A DNA stretch of 64,000 bases from Desulfobulbaceae bacterium. GTDB lineage: Bacteria > Desulfobacterota > Desulfobulbia > Desulfobulbales > Desulfocapsaceae. Positions 39,739 to 49,607 of this stretch are shown piece by piece (position 1 is the stretch's first letter; every line of letters begins with the position of its first letter). The position numbers were made by a program, and so were the translations under genes. Under the pieces are notes generated by a model, which saw nothing but the letters and a program-made list of their open reading frames with translations, ran no database searches and was not told where the DNA came from. The DNA is taken from contig JANMSX010000026.1 in NCBI GenBank assembly GCA_031389785.1, positions 59,148-123,147 of the forward strand. The letters are read 5' to 3'.

Positions 39739-40055
39739 CTAAAAATATTGGTCCTTTACCTCCTGCTTGAAACGCTCCAACTGGCTTTCCAGACCGACTA
39801 CGGACTCCACCGGGAGGACAAAGGCGATCCCCCGTCCCCGGCTTGTCGAATCCACCGGCCGTGGAGATGGCGTCCAGTACGGGACGGACGATGTGCTCCT
39901 CTATGAGGAACATGATGATGTCCGTCGGCGCCTCCAGGGAAAGGCCGAAAAAGGTCTTTGCTTCCCGCATGCCGGTGCCGCATGCCGAAATAATGGTCGC
40001 CTCGGTCGCCCCTGCCGCTTTGGCGGCATCGACCACGGTGTTGGTGATGCCTGTC
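39739..40055 (-). pseudogene. P-II family regulator-like gene, frameshifted and 5'-truncated by an IS
   Basis: VVDAAKAAGATEATII...KTFFGL...DKPGTG, then an extra G in a G5 run, then IAFVLPVESVVGLESQ...QYF*. Confidence 0.75.
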
Positions 40056-40645
40056 TAGGAGCCTGTCGGATTAAAAGTTACTCATGGACGGACAACGAGC
40101 CATCTTTGGCAGGCATATCATTATGATATTGTACCATAAATATTGACAACTCCGGAGTCTTTCTGTTAAATACTATGTAATTGCAATCAATTACATAGCG
40201 AGAACCTTATGAATCCAAAATTCATTCAGACCAGTAGAGAACAACAACTGCTCTTCCCTCCATCAATTCAAGATTGGCTTCCGGAAGAGCATCTGGCCCG
40301 TTTTGTCGTCGATATCGTATCCCAGCTTAATTTGCAGTCTTTGGCGGAAACCTACGCGGGAAAAGGGTTCAAGGCCTATCATCCGGAGATTCCTGCAACA
40401 GTTAAAGCCGCTCTTTGTCCAGATCTTGCTGCTGGCCCGCGAAATGGGTCTGTTAAAGTTAGGCAAAGTCAGCCTTGACGGCACCAAGATCAAGGCCAAC
40501 GCTTCGAAACACCATGCCTTGAGCTGGGGGCATGCCTGTAAACTCGAACAGCAATTGCAGGCCGAGGTTGAGGAACTCATTCGTCTTGCCGAACAGGCCG
40601 ATACCGCAAGGATTCCTGACGGTATGGATATTCCGAAAGAAATCC
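40056..40645 (+). mobile_element. IS1182-like element remnant
   Basis: Candidate end taggagcctgtcggatt; transposase pieces QLLFPPSIQDWLPEEHLARFV...AYHP and KVSLDGTKIKANASK in different frames. Confidence 0.75.
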
Positions 40646-40924
40646 CTCTGACTCACGCAGACAAATCTCTAACCAATTTAATAGCAGATGCACGCATGAA
40701 AGCTAGTTCACAAGCATCACGTAACCGACTAAAAAGACAAATCTCTTCTGTTTATTGGAATGGTGTTGACAAAATGCGAGGAGAGAATTCCATCTCCGAG
40801 ATACTCAGGAAGCTCAACCAGCGTGGTGTGATTGCCAAGCGAGGATTGCCAAAGGATATCTTTCATGCTGATTGAGTCAAAATCCACAGAAGATGCTTTG
40901 AAATTATACGTTGCATCCCAGCTA

Positions 40925-41010
40925 TCAGGAAATATCTGAATGTGGCGACCTTGACCAGAGCTTTGCGAGTGTACGCTGCCCAGATTGTCACCATGAATAT
41001 CTCCGCGTCT
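40925..41010 (+). pseudogene. IS91-type transposase zinc-binding domain fragment
   Basis: ECGDLDQSFASVRCPDCHHEYL resembles the CGD..GFARVRC..C.HEYL pattern. Confidence 0.55.
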
Positions 41011-41112
41011 TCACAGGTCGAAGTACATTTTCGGTGTGTTTGATCAGCTTAGGGCCCGACAGTCACAATGCTACTCAAAGGAGAAGCGGAATTCCTTGTC
41101 AGCTAACAGCCC

Positions 41113-44100
41113 TCACCCTCCCCGAGGAGCAGAAACGTACGACTTCCCCTGCAGGTAGTCGATCATCGGCTGGGTGATGAGCGGCACCACGTCACCGATC
41201 ATGTGCGGCATGAGTCGGTCCATGACCTTCGGCATGAGGTCCGGCATCTGCTCGCGCATATATTCGGGCATCTCGATCTGCTCCTCGACCCTCCTGAGCA
41301 TGGTCGCCATGACTTTGGGCAGCATCAGCGGCAGCAGGCGCGGGAAGAGCAGCGGGAACGTCGGTTTCAGCAAAGTCAATGCGCCGGGGACCTTACCAAG
41401 GCCGCGCATCATGCCCCCCATACCGAGCGGCATGGCGTCGATCAGCTCCGGCCACATCGTGCCCATCAGGTCGGCGAACCCTTGCGGGGTTAACAGCTTG
41501 GTGAAAGCATCAAAGACCGCCCACTGCTTTCTGACCTCGGGGTTCGGGTCGGGGAAGGTGTAGCCGAAGGTCGCCGCGGCAAAGTGCGCGAGGTCCTGGA
41601 CCTCGATCGGCAACCCTTTTTTGTCCGCCGTTACCCGCAGCTGTACCTGGCAGCAGGGACACAGGGAGAGGATCTTCTCTGCCCCGGCTTCAAGGGCCTC
41701 GTCGAGCCTCACCTTGCCGATATCGGCAGCCACCGGCGGGTCTTTCAGCAGTGTGAGGACGCTGGCGCAGCAATGGGCCTGCTTCCGATTGTGGCTCATC
41801 TCCACCAGCGTGACGCCCGGGATGGCTTGGATTACGTCACGCGGCGGCTCGTAGACCCCCGATGCGCGGCCGATGTGGCAGGAGTCGTGCCAGGTGACGG
41901 TAATCGGCTCTTCACGCTGAGGAAATTGGAACTTCCCGGCCTTGATCTGCTCGGCGAGGATCTCGCTGTAATGCCTGGTTTTGATCGGGTAGTCGATACC
42001 CAGCTTCTTCGCCCACTCGGGGTAGGACTGGCGCCACATCAGGTCGCAGGCCGGGCAGGAGGTGATCACCGTATCGGCCCCGGCCTGCTTGACCAGCTCA
42101 ATATTTCGCTTCATGATCTCGGCGAAGAGGTCCCAGCGGCCGGCGACGAGCATCGGCGTGCCGCAACAGTTTTCTTCCTTCCCGAGATGCACAAAGTCCA
42201 CGCCTGCCTTGTCCAAGAGACGCACCGAGGCCTGCCCGATGTCATGCTCCACGTAGCTCGCCGTGCAACCGGCGAAATAGACGTTCTTGGCCCTGCCGCC
42301 CGGCGGGTGGGCGGCCTTCAGGTCTTCGGGATACCAGTCCATGCGATCCTTGCGGTAGCCTGCCCAGATATTTCCCTCTGACTTGAGCGCCGCGGCCATC
42401 ATCTCGAAGGGCGGAAAAGTCATACGGTGCTCCTCGTTGATCAGCAGGCCGCGCAGTTTCATCCACGAGGGCTCGATGGGCAGATTGGTGGAGCAGCGTG
42501 TGTCGCACATCTCGCAAGTAGTGCAGACAAGGAAGGTGTCTACCATCTTCTGGTCCCATTGCTCGCGCCCGGCCATATACTCACGAAGCCAGTACCATTT
42601 GCCCCGAGGACTCTGGCTCTCCCAACCACGACCGTAGAACTGGTCGCATTCCTCCACGCAGTAGCCGCACTGGGAGCAGGCGTAGGCATACCAGGCCACA
42701 TCAGCCGGGATGTCCCTAACCGATTGTGTGGGTTGATCGCCGATCTTACTGCTGGCATGGTTCCCTAGGGGCCGGATGAGCGGCTCGATGGCAGCTCCCA
42801 GGTTGAGGGCACTGGCCATCAACCCACCCTGCATGACCTTGCCGGGATTGAGGATGTTGTTTGGATCGACCAGAGCTTTGAATGCCTTTAAGCGCTCCAG
42901 CCGCTCTTTGCCGAGGATCAGGCCGGCCTTGCCGGTGAAGTAAAGCCCTGTGGCATAGGGCCTGCCGCCGTTTTTCTCGGCGATTTTCATGATGGTCAGC
43001 GCCAGGATAAAGATGAAATTGTACGAGAACTTCCGTTGGTCGCTGGGGATGAAGCCGAGGATGGCCACTTCCGGCTTGCCCCCGGCGCCTTGCCGAATGA
43101 CCAGCCCCTCTTTGACGACCGGTTGGCTGACCTTCTTTTCCACTTCGTCCATCATAGCCCCGAGAGAAGAGAGCGGGATGACCACCTCAGCGGGCACAAG
43201 GCTCGGGCCCAGCCGTTTGACTGCCATGATCTTGAAACGGTCTTCCCACTCGTGCTGCGCGATCTTGTCCGAGAGGATCTCCGCCTGACAGGTCTTGATC
43301 AGGTCAGGGAGGACGCCGTCGATACGCTGGCGGTCCTTCTCCCGGAAGGCAAGAGTCATGACGTAGCACGCCGGCAGGAGGACCCGCTCCCCGATGGCGT
43401 GACCGGCGTGCTCTCTGAGAGGAGCGCGATTTTTCATTTCCGCCATGCGCGGGCTGATGAAGCTGAGGGACCAGATCGGCAGCCCATCCTTGACGAATCG
43501 CTCTACCAGGTGTTGCAGGTCATGCGCGTCGGGGCAGCCAATCGAGATCACAGCCAAATCTTCCTTGGCCATGACCTTGACCGTCACCTCACTGATGAAC
43601 CCGGTGGTGCCTTCGGCGTCGGATATGAGATCGAGATCCACTCCCGAAAATTCCCGTACCGTGCCGTCGGCCAGCACCCCTCGGGCGCTGACCACGTTGT
43701 CCCGGAACCATCCCGATTCATACGAGCCGAACCCCGCCCCACCCTGGGCCAACCAGCCACCGACGGTGGAGGCGGGATAGCTGGATGGGTAGAGGCGCAG
43801 CGTCAGGTCCTTCTTGGCCAACTCCCGATCAAGCTTCTCCCAGCAGATACCGGGCTGTACCCTGGCAGTCAGGGTCTTTGAGTTAATCTCCAGGAGTTTA
43901 CTCAGATGGAAGAAATCAACGACGATGCCACCCCTCACCGGTAAGACTCCGCCGTATCCCGAAGTCGCTTTGCCTCGGGGGGTCAGGGCCATGCTTTTTT
44001 CCTGAGCCCAGCGCACGAGGGCCACCAGTTCCTCTTCAGAGGCGGGCTGGACGACGGCGGCGGGTACAGTTGAGCCGACGAGCGGCTTGATCAGGCTGGG

Positions 44101-44211
44101 GATCTCAGCGGTGTCGTGTCCGTAGAGGGTGCGCTCCCTGCGGTCGAAGGAGACCCGAGTGCCAAAAAGACTTTTCAGGGATTTATTGTCAGCGGCCTGT
44201 AGAGTGGACAT
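41113..44211 (-). CDS. FAD-linked oxidase / Fe-S / CCG fusion (GlcD+GlcF-like 2-hydroxyacid dehydrogenase)
   Basis: PRGKATSGYGG, STVGGW, DPNNILNPGK, CSQCGYC, CTTCEMC, YFAGC, ENCCG, WHDSCH, HCCAS. Confidence 0.9.
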   Translation of the reverse strand: MSTLQAADNKSLKSLFGTRVSFDRRERTLYGHDTAEIPSLIKPLVGSTVPAAVVQPASEEELVALVRWAQEKSMALTPRGKATSGYGGVLPVRGGIVVDFFHLSKLLEINSKTLTARVQPGICWEKLDRELAKKDLTLRLYPSSYPASTVGGWLAQGGAGFGSYESGWFRDNVVSARGVLADGTVREFSGVDLDLISDAEGTTGFISEVTVKVMAKEDLAVISIGCPDAHDLQHLVERFVKDGLPIWSLSFISPRMAEMKNRAPLREHAGHAIGERVLLPACYVMTLAFREKDRQRIDGVLPDLIKTCQAEILSDKIAQHEWEDRFKIMAVKRLGPSLVPAEVVIPLSSLGAMMDEVEKKVSQPVVKEGLVIRQGAGGKPEVAILGFIPSDQRKFSYNFIFILALTIMKIAEKNGGRPYATGLYFTGKAGLILGKERLERLKAFKALVDPNNILNPGKVMQGGLMASALNLGAAIEPLIRPLGNHASSKIGDQPTQSVRDIPADVAWYAYACSQCGYCVEECDQFYGRGWESQSPRGKWYWLREYMAGREQWDQKMVDTFLVCTTCEMCDTRCSTNLPIEPSWMKLRGLLINEEHRMTFPPFEMMAAALKSEGNIWAGYRKDRMDWYPEDLKAAHPPGGRAKNVYFAGCTASYVEHDIGQASVRLLDKAGVDFVHLGKEENCCGTPMLVAGRWDLFAEIMKRNIELVKQAGADTVITSCPACDLMWRQSYPEWAKKLGIDYPIKTRHYSEILAEQIKAGKFQFPQREEPITVTWHDSCHIGRASGVYEPPRDVIQAIPGVTLVEMSHNRKQAHCCASVLTLLKDPPVAADIGKVRLDEALEAGAEKILSLCPCCQVQLRVTADKKGLPIEVQDLAHFAAATFGYTFPDPNPEVRKQWAVFDAFTKLLTPQGFADLMGTMWPELIDAMPLGMGGMMRGLGKVPGALTLLKPTFPLLFPRLLPLMLPKVMATMLRRVEEQIEMPEYMREQMPDLMPKVMDRLMPHMIGDVVPLITQPMIDYLQGKSYVSAPRGG

Positions 44212-44289
44212 TGTTGTTTCTCCGTAAATGTTCTGGCTTGAGTTGACTATCTATGACCATTTTCTTCCTTATCCTATTGCCGTTTTCGG

Positions 44290-44720
44290 CATTGTCTTGT
44301 CGCGGGGCGCCGGCGACCACGTCCTCGGCGATGCCACCGAACAGCCAGGATGCGCCGATGATGAGCAAAATCCCAATCTTCAGATGAAGTCCCAAATAGC
44401 CTTGCGGGGAGAGGCGCTCGAAAAGGAATTCCAGTTGGAGAGAAAATCGTCGACGCAGAGCCATCATCCGCGGATGCGCTGCTATCGCCTGCCAGCGCCG
44501 TTTGACATAGTCTTCGTGCCGCCCCAGCCAGCGCCAAAGCCAGACCAGCGCGATGGCGAGCAATAGGGCACCGCCGATGATTTTGCTGGCTACACCGACC
44601 CATTTCGCGGCCACACTCCAACTCTCCCCTGCTAAATAGCCAAGCAAGACGAACACGCTCGCCCAGACGATGCAGCCCATCGCATTGAAGATGAGGAACT
44701 TCAGATACCCCAATGACCGA
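44290..44720 (-). pseudogene. DedA/PAP2-type membrane protein fragment
   Basis: YLKFLIFNAMGCIVWASVFVLLGYLAG...LFGGIAEDVVAG; both ends missing. Confidence 0.6.
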
Positions 44721-44800
44721 GGTGGCTGATAAAATTGATCAAATAATCTAGCATGACCCTGCATCGGCTCCTGAGGATATACGGACAAAAAGCCAGGAAA

Positions 44801-45187
44801 TCAACCTGACGCCGCTTCCTTCATGATTTTCACAATCGTGTCCTCCACTTCCTGCGCCACCCCTGCCAGTTGCGGCGCGTTGAACATCGCCAGAAGAACG
44901 GTTGGCTTCAGAGTAGCCAGAATGGTTTTACCGCCCTCCTCATAAATGGAGATTCGGCAGGGCAGTGCGGTAGAGACGCTCATGTTTTCATCGAGCACCT
45001 TCTTGGCTTGTTGCGGTTGACAGACCTCGACGATCAGGCATTCGCGGTTGAACTCCACGCCCTTCTTGGCCATGGTTTCTTTCAGGTTGTGAACCTGCAT
45101 GACCCCAAAGTGGTTGGTCTGAACGGCAGCCTGTAAGGCAGTCGCAGCTTCACTCACGGTTTTATCAGTGGATAATTTGATCAGCAT
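44801..45187 (-). CDS. DUF302 domain protein
   Basis: FGVMQVHNLKETMAKKG, EVCQP, ALPCRISIYE. Confidence 0.88.
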   Translation of the reverse strand: MLIKLSTDKTVSEAATALQAAVQTNHFGVMQVHNLKETMAKKGVEFNRECLIVEVCQPQQAKKVLDENMSVSTALPCRISIYEEGGKTILATLKPTVLLAMFNAPQLAGVAQEVEDTIVKIMKEAASG

Positions 45188-45241
45188 AGTCTTCCTTTCA
45201 TGGGTAAAAGTTCAGTTCACAGACTGGTTGTGGCCGCTCGA

Positions 45242-45367
45242 TTATTTCTTGGACATTTTGCTAATCGCGACGACCAGCAGGACCACCACCAGAACCACGA
45301 TCACCGTCCAAATCCACATCCCCCCGCCCATCCCGCCACTCATCCATCCACCTGTGTTCATCATCAT
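45242..45367 (-). CDS. Small Met/Gly-rich single-TM protein (41 aa), not in ORF track
   Basis: MMMNTGGWMSGGMGGGMWIWTVIVVLVVVLLVVAISKMSKK*; AAGGAG RBS. Confidence 0.65.
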   Translation of the reverse strand: MMMNTGGWMSGGMGGGMWIWTVIVVLVVVLLVVAISKMSKK

Positions 45368-45694
45368 TAAGCTCCTTTGGTTGACATTCGATCAAGCTCA
45401 CCACCGGGCAAACACAAACGTGAACGTAGGCAGTAGCGTCATTTTGAAGTAGGGGACACAGGCCGGCGCCAAGCACCAACACCTACCGGCCCGCGTTCCG
45501 TTTACAACCAACGCCCGGGGCCAACGCCGAAAAAGCTAGCGTTAAATTGATGTAACAAATTGTTTTCATGAACAGTTTGAAATCATCAGCGAAGTTTGGT
45601 ATAGCCCCCTTACATGAATCACCTCGGGTGAGGATCCGGCCTATGTGACCGGACCCCGGTTTCTGTTTCTACATGGGAGGGGGAAGCAAGATTA

Positions 45695-45854
45695 TCACTT
45701 CATCATCTTTTGGCCATCCATCATCATCTTCGAACTATCCATCATTATTTTTTGGCCGTCCATCATATTTTTTCCCATTTCTGCCGCTTGTGTAAATCCA
45801 GAAAAAAGGCCTTCACAATGGACACAGGACACACTCCTAACCATAATATTTCAT
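45695..45854 (-). pseudogene. Met-rich secreted protein remnant
   Basis: AGGAGG RBS and ATG, frameshifted signal-like region, then AAEMGKNMMDGQKIMMDSSKMMMDGQKMMK*. Confidence 0.45.
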
Positions 45855-45922
45855 CTGCCCCTCCTATGTATTGATGTCGGTCATGATCGGTTTACCTGGC
45901 AAAGAGCGGAGTAGCAGCTGAC

Positions 45923-45979
45923 TTAGGAGCTGTTATGAAATAACTTGGCCCTATATTCCATTTTTGTTACAGCTCCTTA
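45923..45979. mobile_element. 51-bp MITE-like element with TTA target duplication
   Basis: TTA-GGAGCTGTTA...TTACAGCTCC-TTA. Confidence 0.5.
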
Positions 45980-46260
45980 TGCCGTGTTTGGCATTTATCT
46001 GGCCATGTTATTTTTTACAACGGCTTAGCTCAGGCGCGACCACGCACCAGACGCCCTCACCACCCCCCAAGGTGATGAAATTCGATGCTCTGTTCCATCA
46101 ATCCATGCATCATCTCTGATTTTCATTTTATGGCACACTATCATATCTCCCATCATTCCCTTCATGCCAGCCTGACCAGATCAATATTGCCCAAGGCATA
46201 CAGGCGCATTAGCAGATCAAACACTCGGTTCCACCGAGGCCACGGAAGCCTATTCCCTTT

Positions 46261-46720
46261 TCACCGGACTGCGCGTTCTCTGCCTAAACGCCCCGTACTC
46301 CTGAATGTGATTCCGTTCGGCCCCTTGCCAACCTTGATCGTATTGATCACTTTTTGCGCCGCTGCATCAATGACCGACACAGTATCATCCTGAATATTGG
46401 TGACAAATACGCAGTTTCCGTCGTCGCTGACCACAACACCATGTGCGCCTTTTCCGGTCTCGATAGTTGCAACGACGTCGTTCTTAGTTGTATCAATCAC
46501 CGACACGGAATTGTCCGGCTCGGCTTCTGTACCCTGATTCGCGACATAGACGTAATGTCCGTCCGGCGTGATAAAGACCTGAATTGGATTGCGTCCTACT
46601 GCAATAGCAGCAATCTTCTTGCGCTGGACCGTGTCGATCACGGCGACCTTGTTCTCATCTCGCAGGGAGACATAGACCCGACCACCATCCGGTGTGAAGC
46701 TGACCTGGATGGGTGCTTTT
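46261..46720 (-). pseudogene. YVTN/YncE beta-propeller C-terminal fragment
   Basis: Repeats TPDGGRVYVS, TPDGHYVYVANQG, DDGNCVFVTN, VSVID; no credible N-terminus. Confidence 0.7.
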
Positions 46721-46887
46721 TGTTTCCGACGCGACGCGAAACAGCGAGAGCCCTCGATAACGATCCCACCCGACACAAGCTGTACAGCGGCACGCTTCGG
46801 GTGGGTCGCCTCGATAGGCTTGCTTAAAGATAAAGAACGCGGTTTTTTTGATACTCCTGAGAGCAGGTGGCTCCCACACGTCCGTAG

Positions 46888-47031
46888 TCAACGGTTATTT
46901 TTTGCGTCGATCACCAGTTCGTGGATCTTGCCCACATTTTCACTCTGCCGATTGACCACTGTTTCGCCGATGATCTTCGAAGCCCGGGCAATACCGTACA
47001 TAGGCACTGACTTCTCGTTTGTTTCGTTCAT
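46888..47031 (-). pseudogene. PRC-barrel protein fragment
   Basis: RASKIIGETVVNRQSENVGKIHELVID followed by a premature stop. Confidence 0.6.
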
Positions 47032-47320
47032 GACATACTCATTCTAGTTGGTTTACTTCGTAAATACTGCCACCGACAACCTCAGCGGAGTTCGCTTCGC
47101 ATGATTTTATCCTCGTTGGCAGATTTTCATTCCTCCCTGATCTTTCAGGCTCAATCTATGCTAGACAGATCAAGAGGCACGTATGTGGGCTTGTCTTAAT
47201 CCAGATTGGTTAGCTATAATTGGTCTTCATTTACAAATTTCTCCTTTTGTGCTTGTTTAAAGGAACTTTGCTCTCGTTACCGTGAACTCACTCAATGAAT
47301 ATTCTTTGCCGCACATTCTC

Positions 47321-47425
47321 TCAGGTGCAACCACGCAGGAGATACAACACCACGAGGATCGGGATCGGGATTCCCAAGGCCCAAAGCAGTATCCAGCCTA
47401 TCTTGCCTTTTTCATTGTTCAGCAT
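47321..47425 (-). CDS. Small membrane protein (34 aa), not in ORF track
   Basis: MLNNEKGKIGWILLWALGIPIPILVVLYLLRGCT*; GGAGG RBS. Confidence 0.65.
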   Translation of the reverse strand: MLNNEKGKIGWILLWALGIPIPILVVLYLLRGCT

Positions 47426-47576
47426 AACGTTCCTCCATTTTCTTCGAACGGGACACATAGCTTCATTTTTTTGATCTCAATTGGTTGAACAAGAACTGGG
47501 GCAATGAGTGTCTTGATCACGAAGTGTGTATCTTTTGGTCTAAGATTCACTTTTCCGGTCATTCACTTCTTATACA

Positions 47577-47591
47577 TCAATTATCGTGCCA
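47577..47591 (-). promoter_or_regulatory. Sigma-54 promoter candidate
   Basis: TGGCACG-ATAA-TTGA with correct -24/-12 spacing, about 150 bp upstream of the 34-aa ORF. Confidence 0.5.
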
Positions 47592-47999
47592 GGTTGGAAT
47601 TCTTCATCTTATGTTTTCATCTATCTTATATTATGTAATATTTACTTGATGCTGGGTCGATATAGGGGTCATAACAGCCATTAGAAAAGGGTTGCATTCG
47701 ACCTGTGGTTATATTTGACCCTATTTTCGTTTGCAGACAGTTCAGCATGCAAGACATCGCACCGCCATGCCTGCCTAAATCGATTCTTGAAAATGAGTAA
47801 GGATCGGAAAGGAGGGTAGTTTTTGATGAAGCTGGACAAAGACTATGAAGATGAGTCGACTTGGCAGTGGGGTGGACCGAATTACATGGCCTGTTGAAGG
47901 GCCGATAGCGTTTTCTTAAAATATGGCTCGTCCGGTTCTTGCTTACCTGGTTATAAAAGTCAGCAATCCGATCTTCAAAGACGACCTGTTTCTCTTTAA

Positions 48000-48315
48000 A
48001 AACAGGCACGGACGGAAGGTCTGATGGAACTGGCAGGAAGAGGCAAAGAGACCGTGTTGATGATTGATGACGAACCGGCAATTCTCAACCTTGGCAATCA
48101 GATACTTAAAATGCATGGATATAGGGTGCTGGTCGCAGGCACACCAGGTGGGGCAATCGCATGTCCATTGAGCACGTCGGGGAGATCCATCTGTTGCTGA
48201 CCGACGTTATCGTGCCGACGATGAAGAGCACCGAGGTCTACAAAAAGGTGCGCGAATTTCATCCTCTGATCCGGGTCCTCTACATGTCGGGGTACACCGA
48301 GAACGTCAGCATTTC
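48000..48315 (+). pseudogene. Receiver domain remnant of a hybrid kinase
   Basis: GKETVLMIDDEPAILNL...GYRVLVA, frameshift, [11 protein letters not shown]...VLYMSGY. Confidence 0.65.
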
Positions 48316-48446
48316 TTAAAACATATTCACTGACAGCAGGCGACAGACCAGGCCGACGGATCAGCCCGAAGATGCGGCTACACTGAGGCTGCAGGAAGCG
48401 GAAAAACCGGCATGAAAGAAAAAAGGTTGTCCAAACCGTTTGAAAC

Positions 48447-48482
48447 AAAAAAGCGCCTAGAGTCTTGAAACTCTAAACGCTT
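48447..48482 (-). terminator. Intrinsic terminator after tRNA-Phe
   Basis: Minus strand AAGCGTTTAGAG-TTTCAAGA-CTCTAGGCGC-TTTTTT. Confidence 0.7.
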
Positions 48483-48490
48483 GAATTTAC

Positions 48491-48566
<76 letters not shown>

Positions 48567-48582
48567 ACCTTGTGTGGTTGGG

Positions 48583-48611
48583 TTTTTACACGAGTTACAA
48601 GGGCATGTCAA
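48583..48611 (-). promoter_or_regulatory. Sigma-70 promoter of tRNA-Phe
   Basis: TTGACA-N17-TAAAAA. Confidence 0.6.
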
Positions 48612-48645
48612 CAGATTTTCTCTGTCCAAGGCCCCCTGCAGATCT

Positions 48646-49464
48646 TCAATCCTTGTGGATCGAGAGGCCGCCGAGATCAAGATCGAAATTCAGCTCTTCA
48701 TCCATATTCATCGCATCGGAATCGCCTTTTCGAGGGGCGCCGGCCGGACGGGTTGTCGGCAGATCGATCGCATCGAGAGAAAGATTTTCTACCTTTTTCA
48801 CCTTCACCGGTGGCCGTTCGGGGAGTTTTTCGTCCAGGCCGCCCAGATCAAGATCAAGATCGAGATCAAGATCAAGATCGAAATTAAAATCGTCTCCGGA
48901 TTGTGGCCGGTCAGTAGATTTTTGCAATGGAGGCGGGGTCATCTTTTTTTGCGGCGGTGCAAGGTCGGAGATATCAGTAAGCCCGTCCGGCAGTTCCAGA
49001 CTGAGCCTCTCCTCCTTCCCTTCGCCAAAAATATCTTCCAGGCCACTGTCTTTGTCGCCAAGGTCATTGCGGAACTGTCCAAAATCTATTGAGATCTGTC
49101 CATCATCATCATCATCATCCTTGGCGGCGTCGAAGTCGGCACTCGAAATGACTTCCAGATCGCTGGAATCCTTCTCCAGTCGCAGGGAAGAGGAATCATC
49201 CACGACCTCCGCTTCTTCATCGAAAAGAATTTCGAGATCCGGATCCTGCAGATCGAAGTCTCTGTCCGGTGTACCGCCGATGATCTCAATATCTTCACCG
49301 AAGTCCTTTGTTTCCGCCCCCGTCGGTATCTTCAGATACGAAGGCACCAGGACCTTGAATACCGTGCCGTGCATCAAGCCGGCAACATCCTTCAACTCCT
49401 TGTTGCATTTCAGGCACTTTTCGAGATTATCAAACGAGATGAATCCGCATTTAGGGCAGCGCAT
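48646..49464 (-). CDS. Zinc-ribbon protein with highly acidic low-complexity tail
   Basis: MRCPKCGFISFDNLEKCLKC; D/E-rich remainder with DLDLDLGGL motifs. Confidence 0.8.
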   Translation of the reverse strand: MRCPKCGFISFDNLEKCLKCNKELKDVAGLMHGTVFKVLVPSYLKIPTGAETKDFGEDIEIIGGTPDRDFDLQDPDLEILFDEEAEVVDDSSSLRLEKDSSDLEVISSADFDAAKDDDDDDGQISIDFGQFRNDLGDKDSGLEDIFGEGKEERLSLELPDGLTDISDLAPPQKKMTPPPLQKSTDRPQSGDDFNFDLDLDLDLDLDLGGLDEKLPERPPVKVKKVENLSLDAIDLPTTRPAGAPRKGDSDAMNMDEELNFDLDLGGLSIHKD

Positions 49465-49607
49465 GAGTGTTCCTCTTTTGAGATATTCATCATCCCGGGG
49501 TGGAGATCCTGATGGCCGAGAGGGTACCTGACACCGGCATTTCGCCTATTATCGCACAATTTGCCAGTTATAATCAAGAGTTTTTCAATATTGCAGGCAG
49601 TTTAGAA

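Noticed and set aside
45500-46050. attC-like fragments
   Set aside because: No complete R''/L''/L'/R' structure and no integron integrase.
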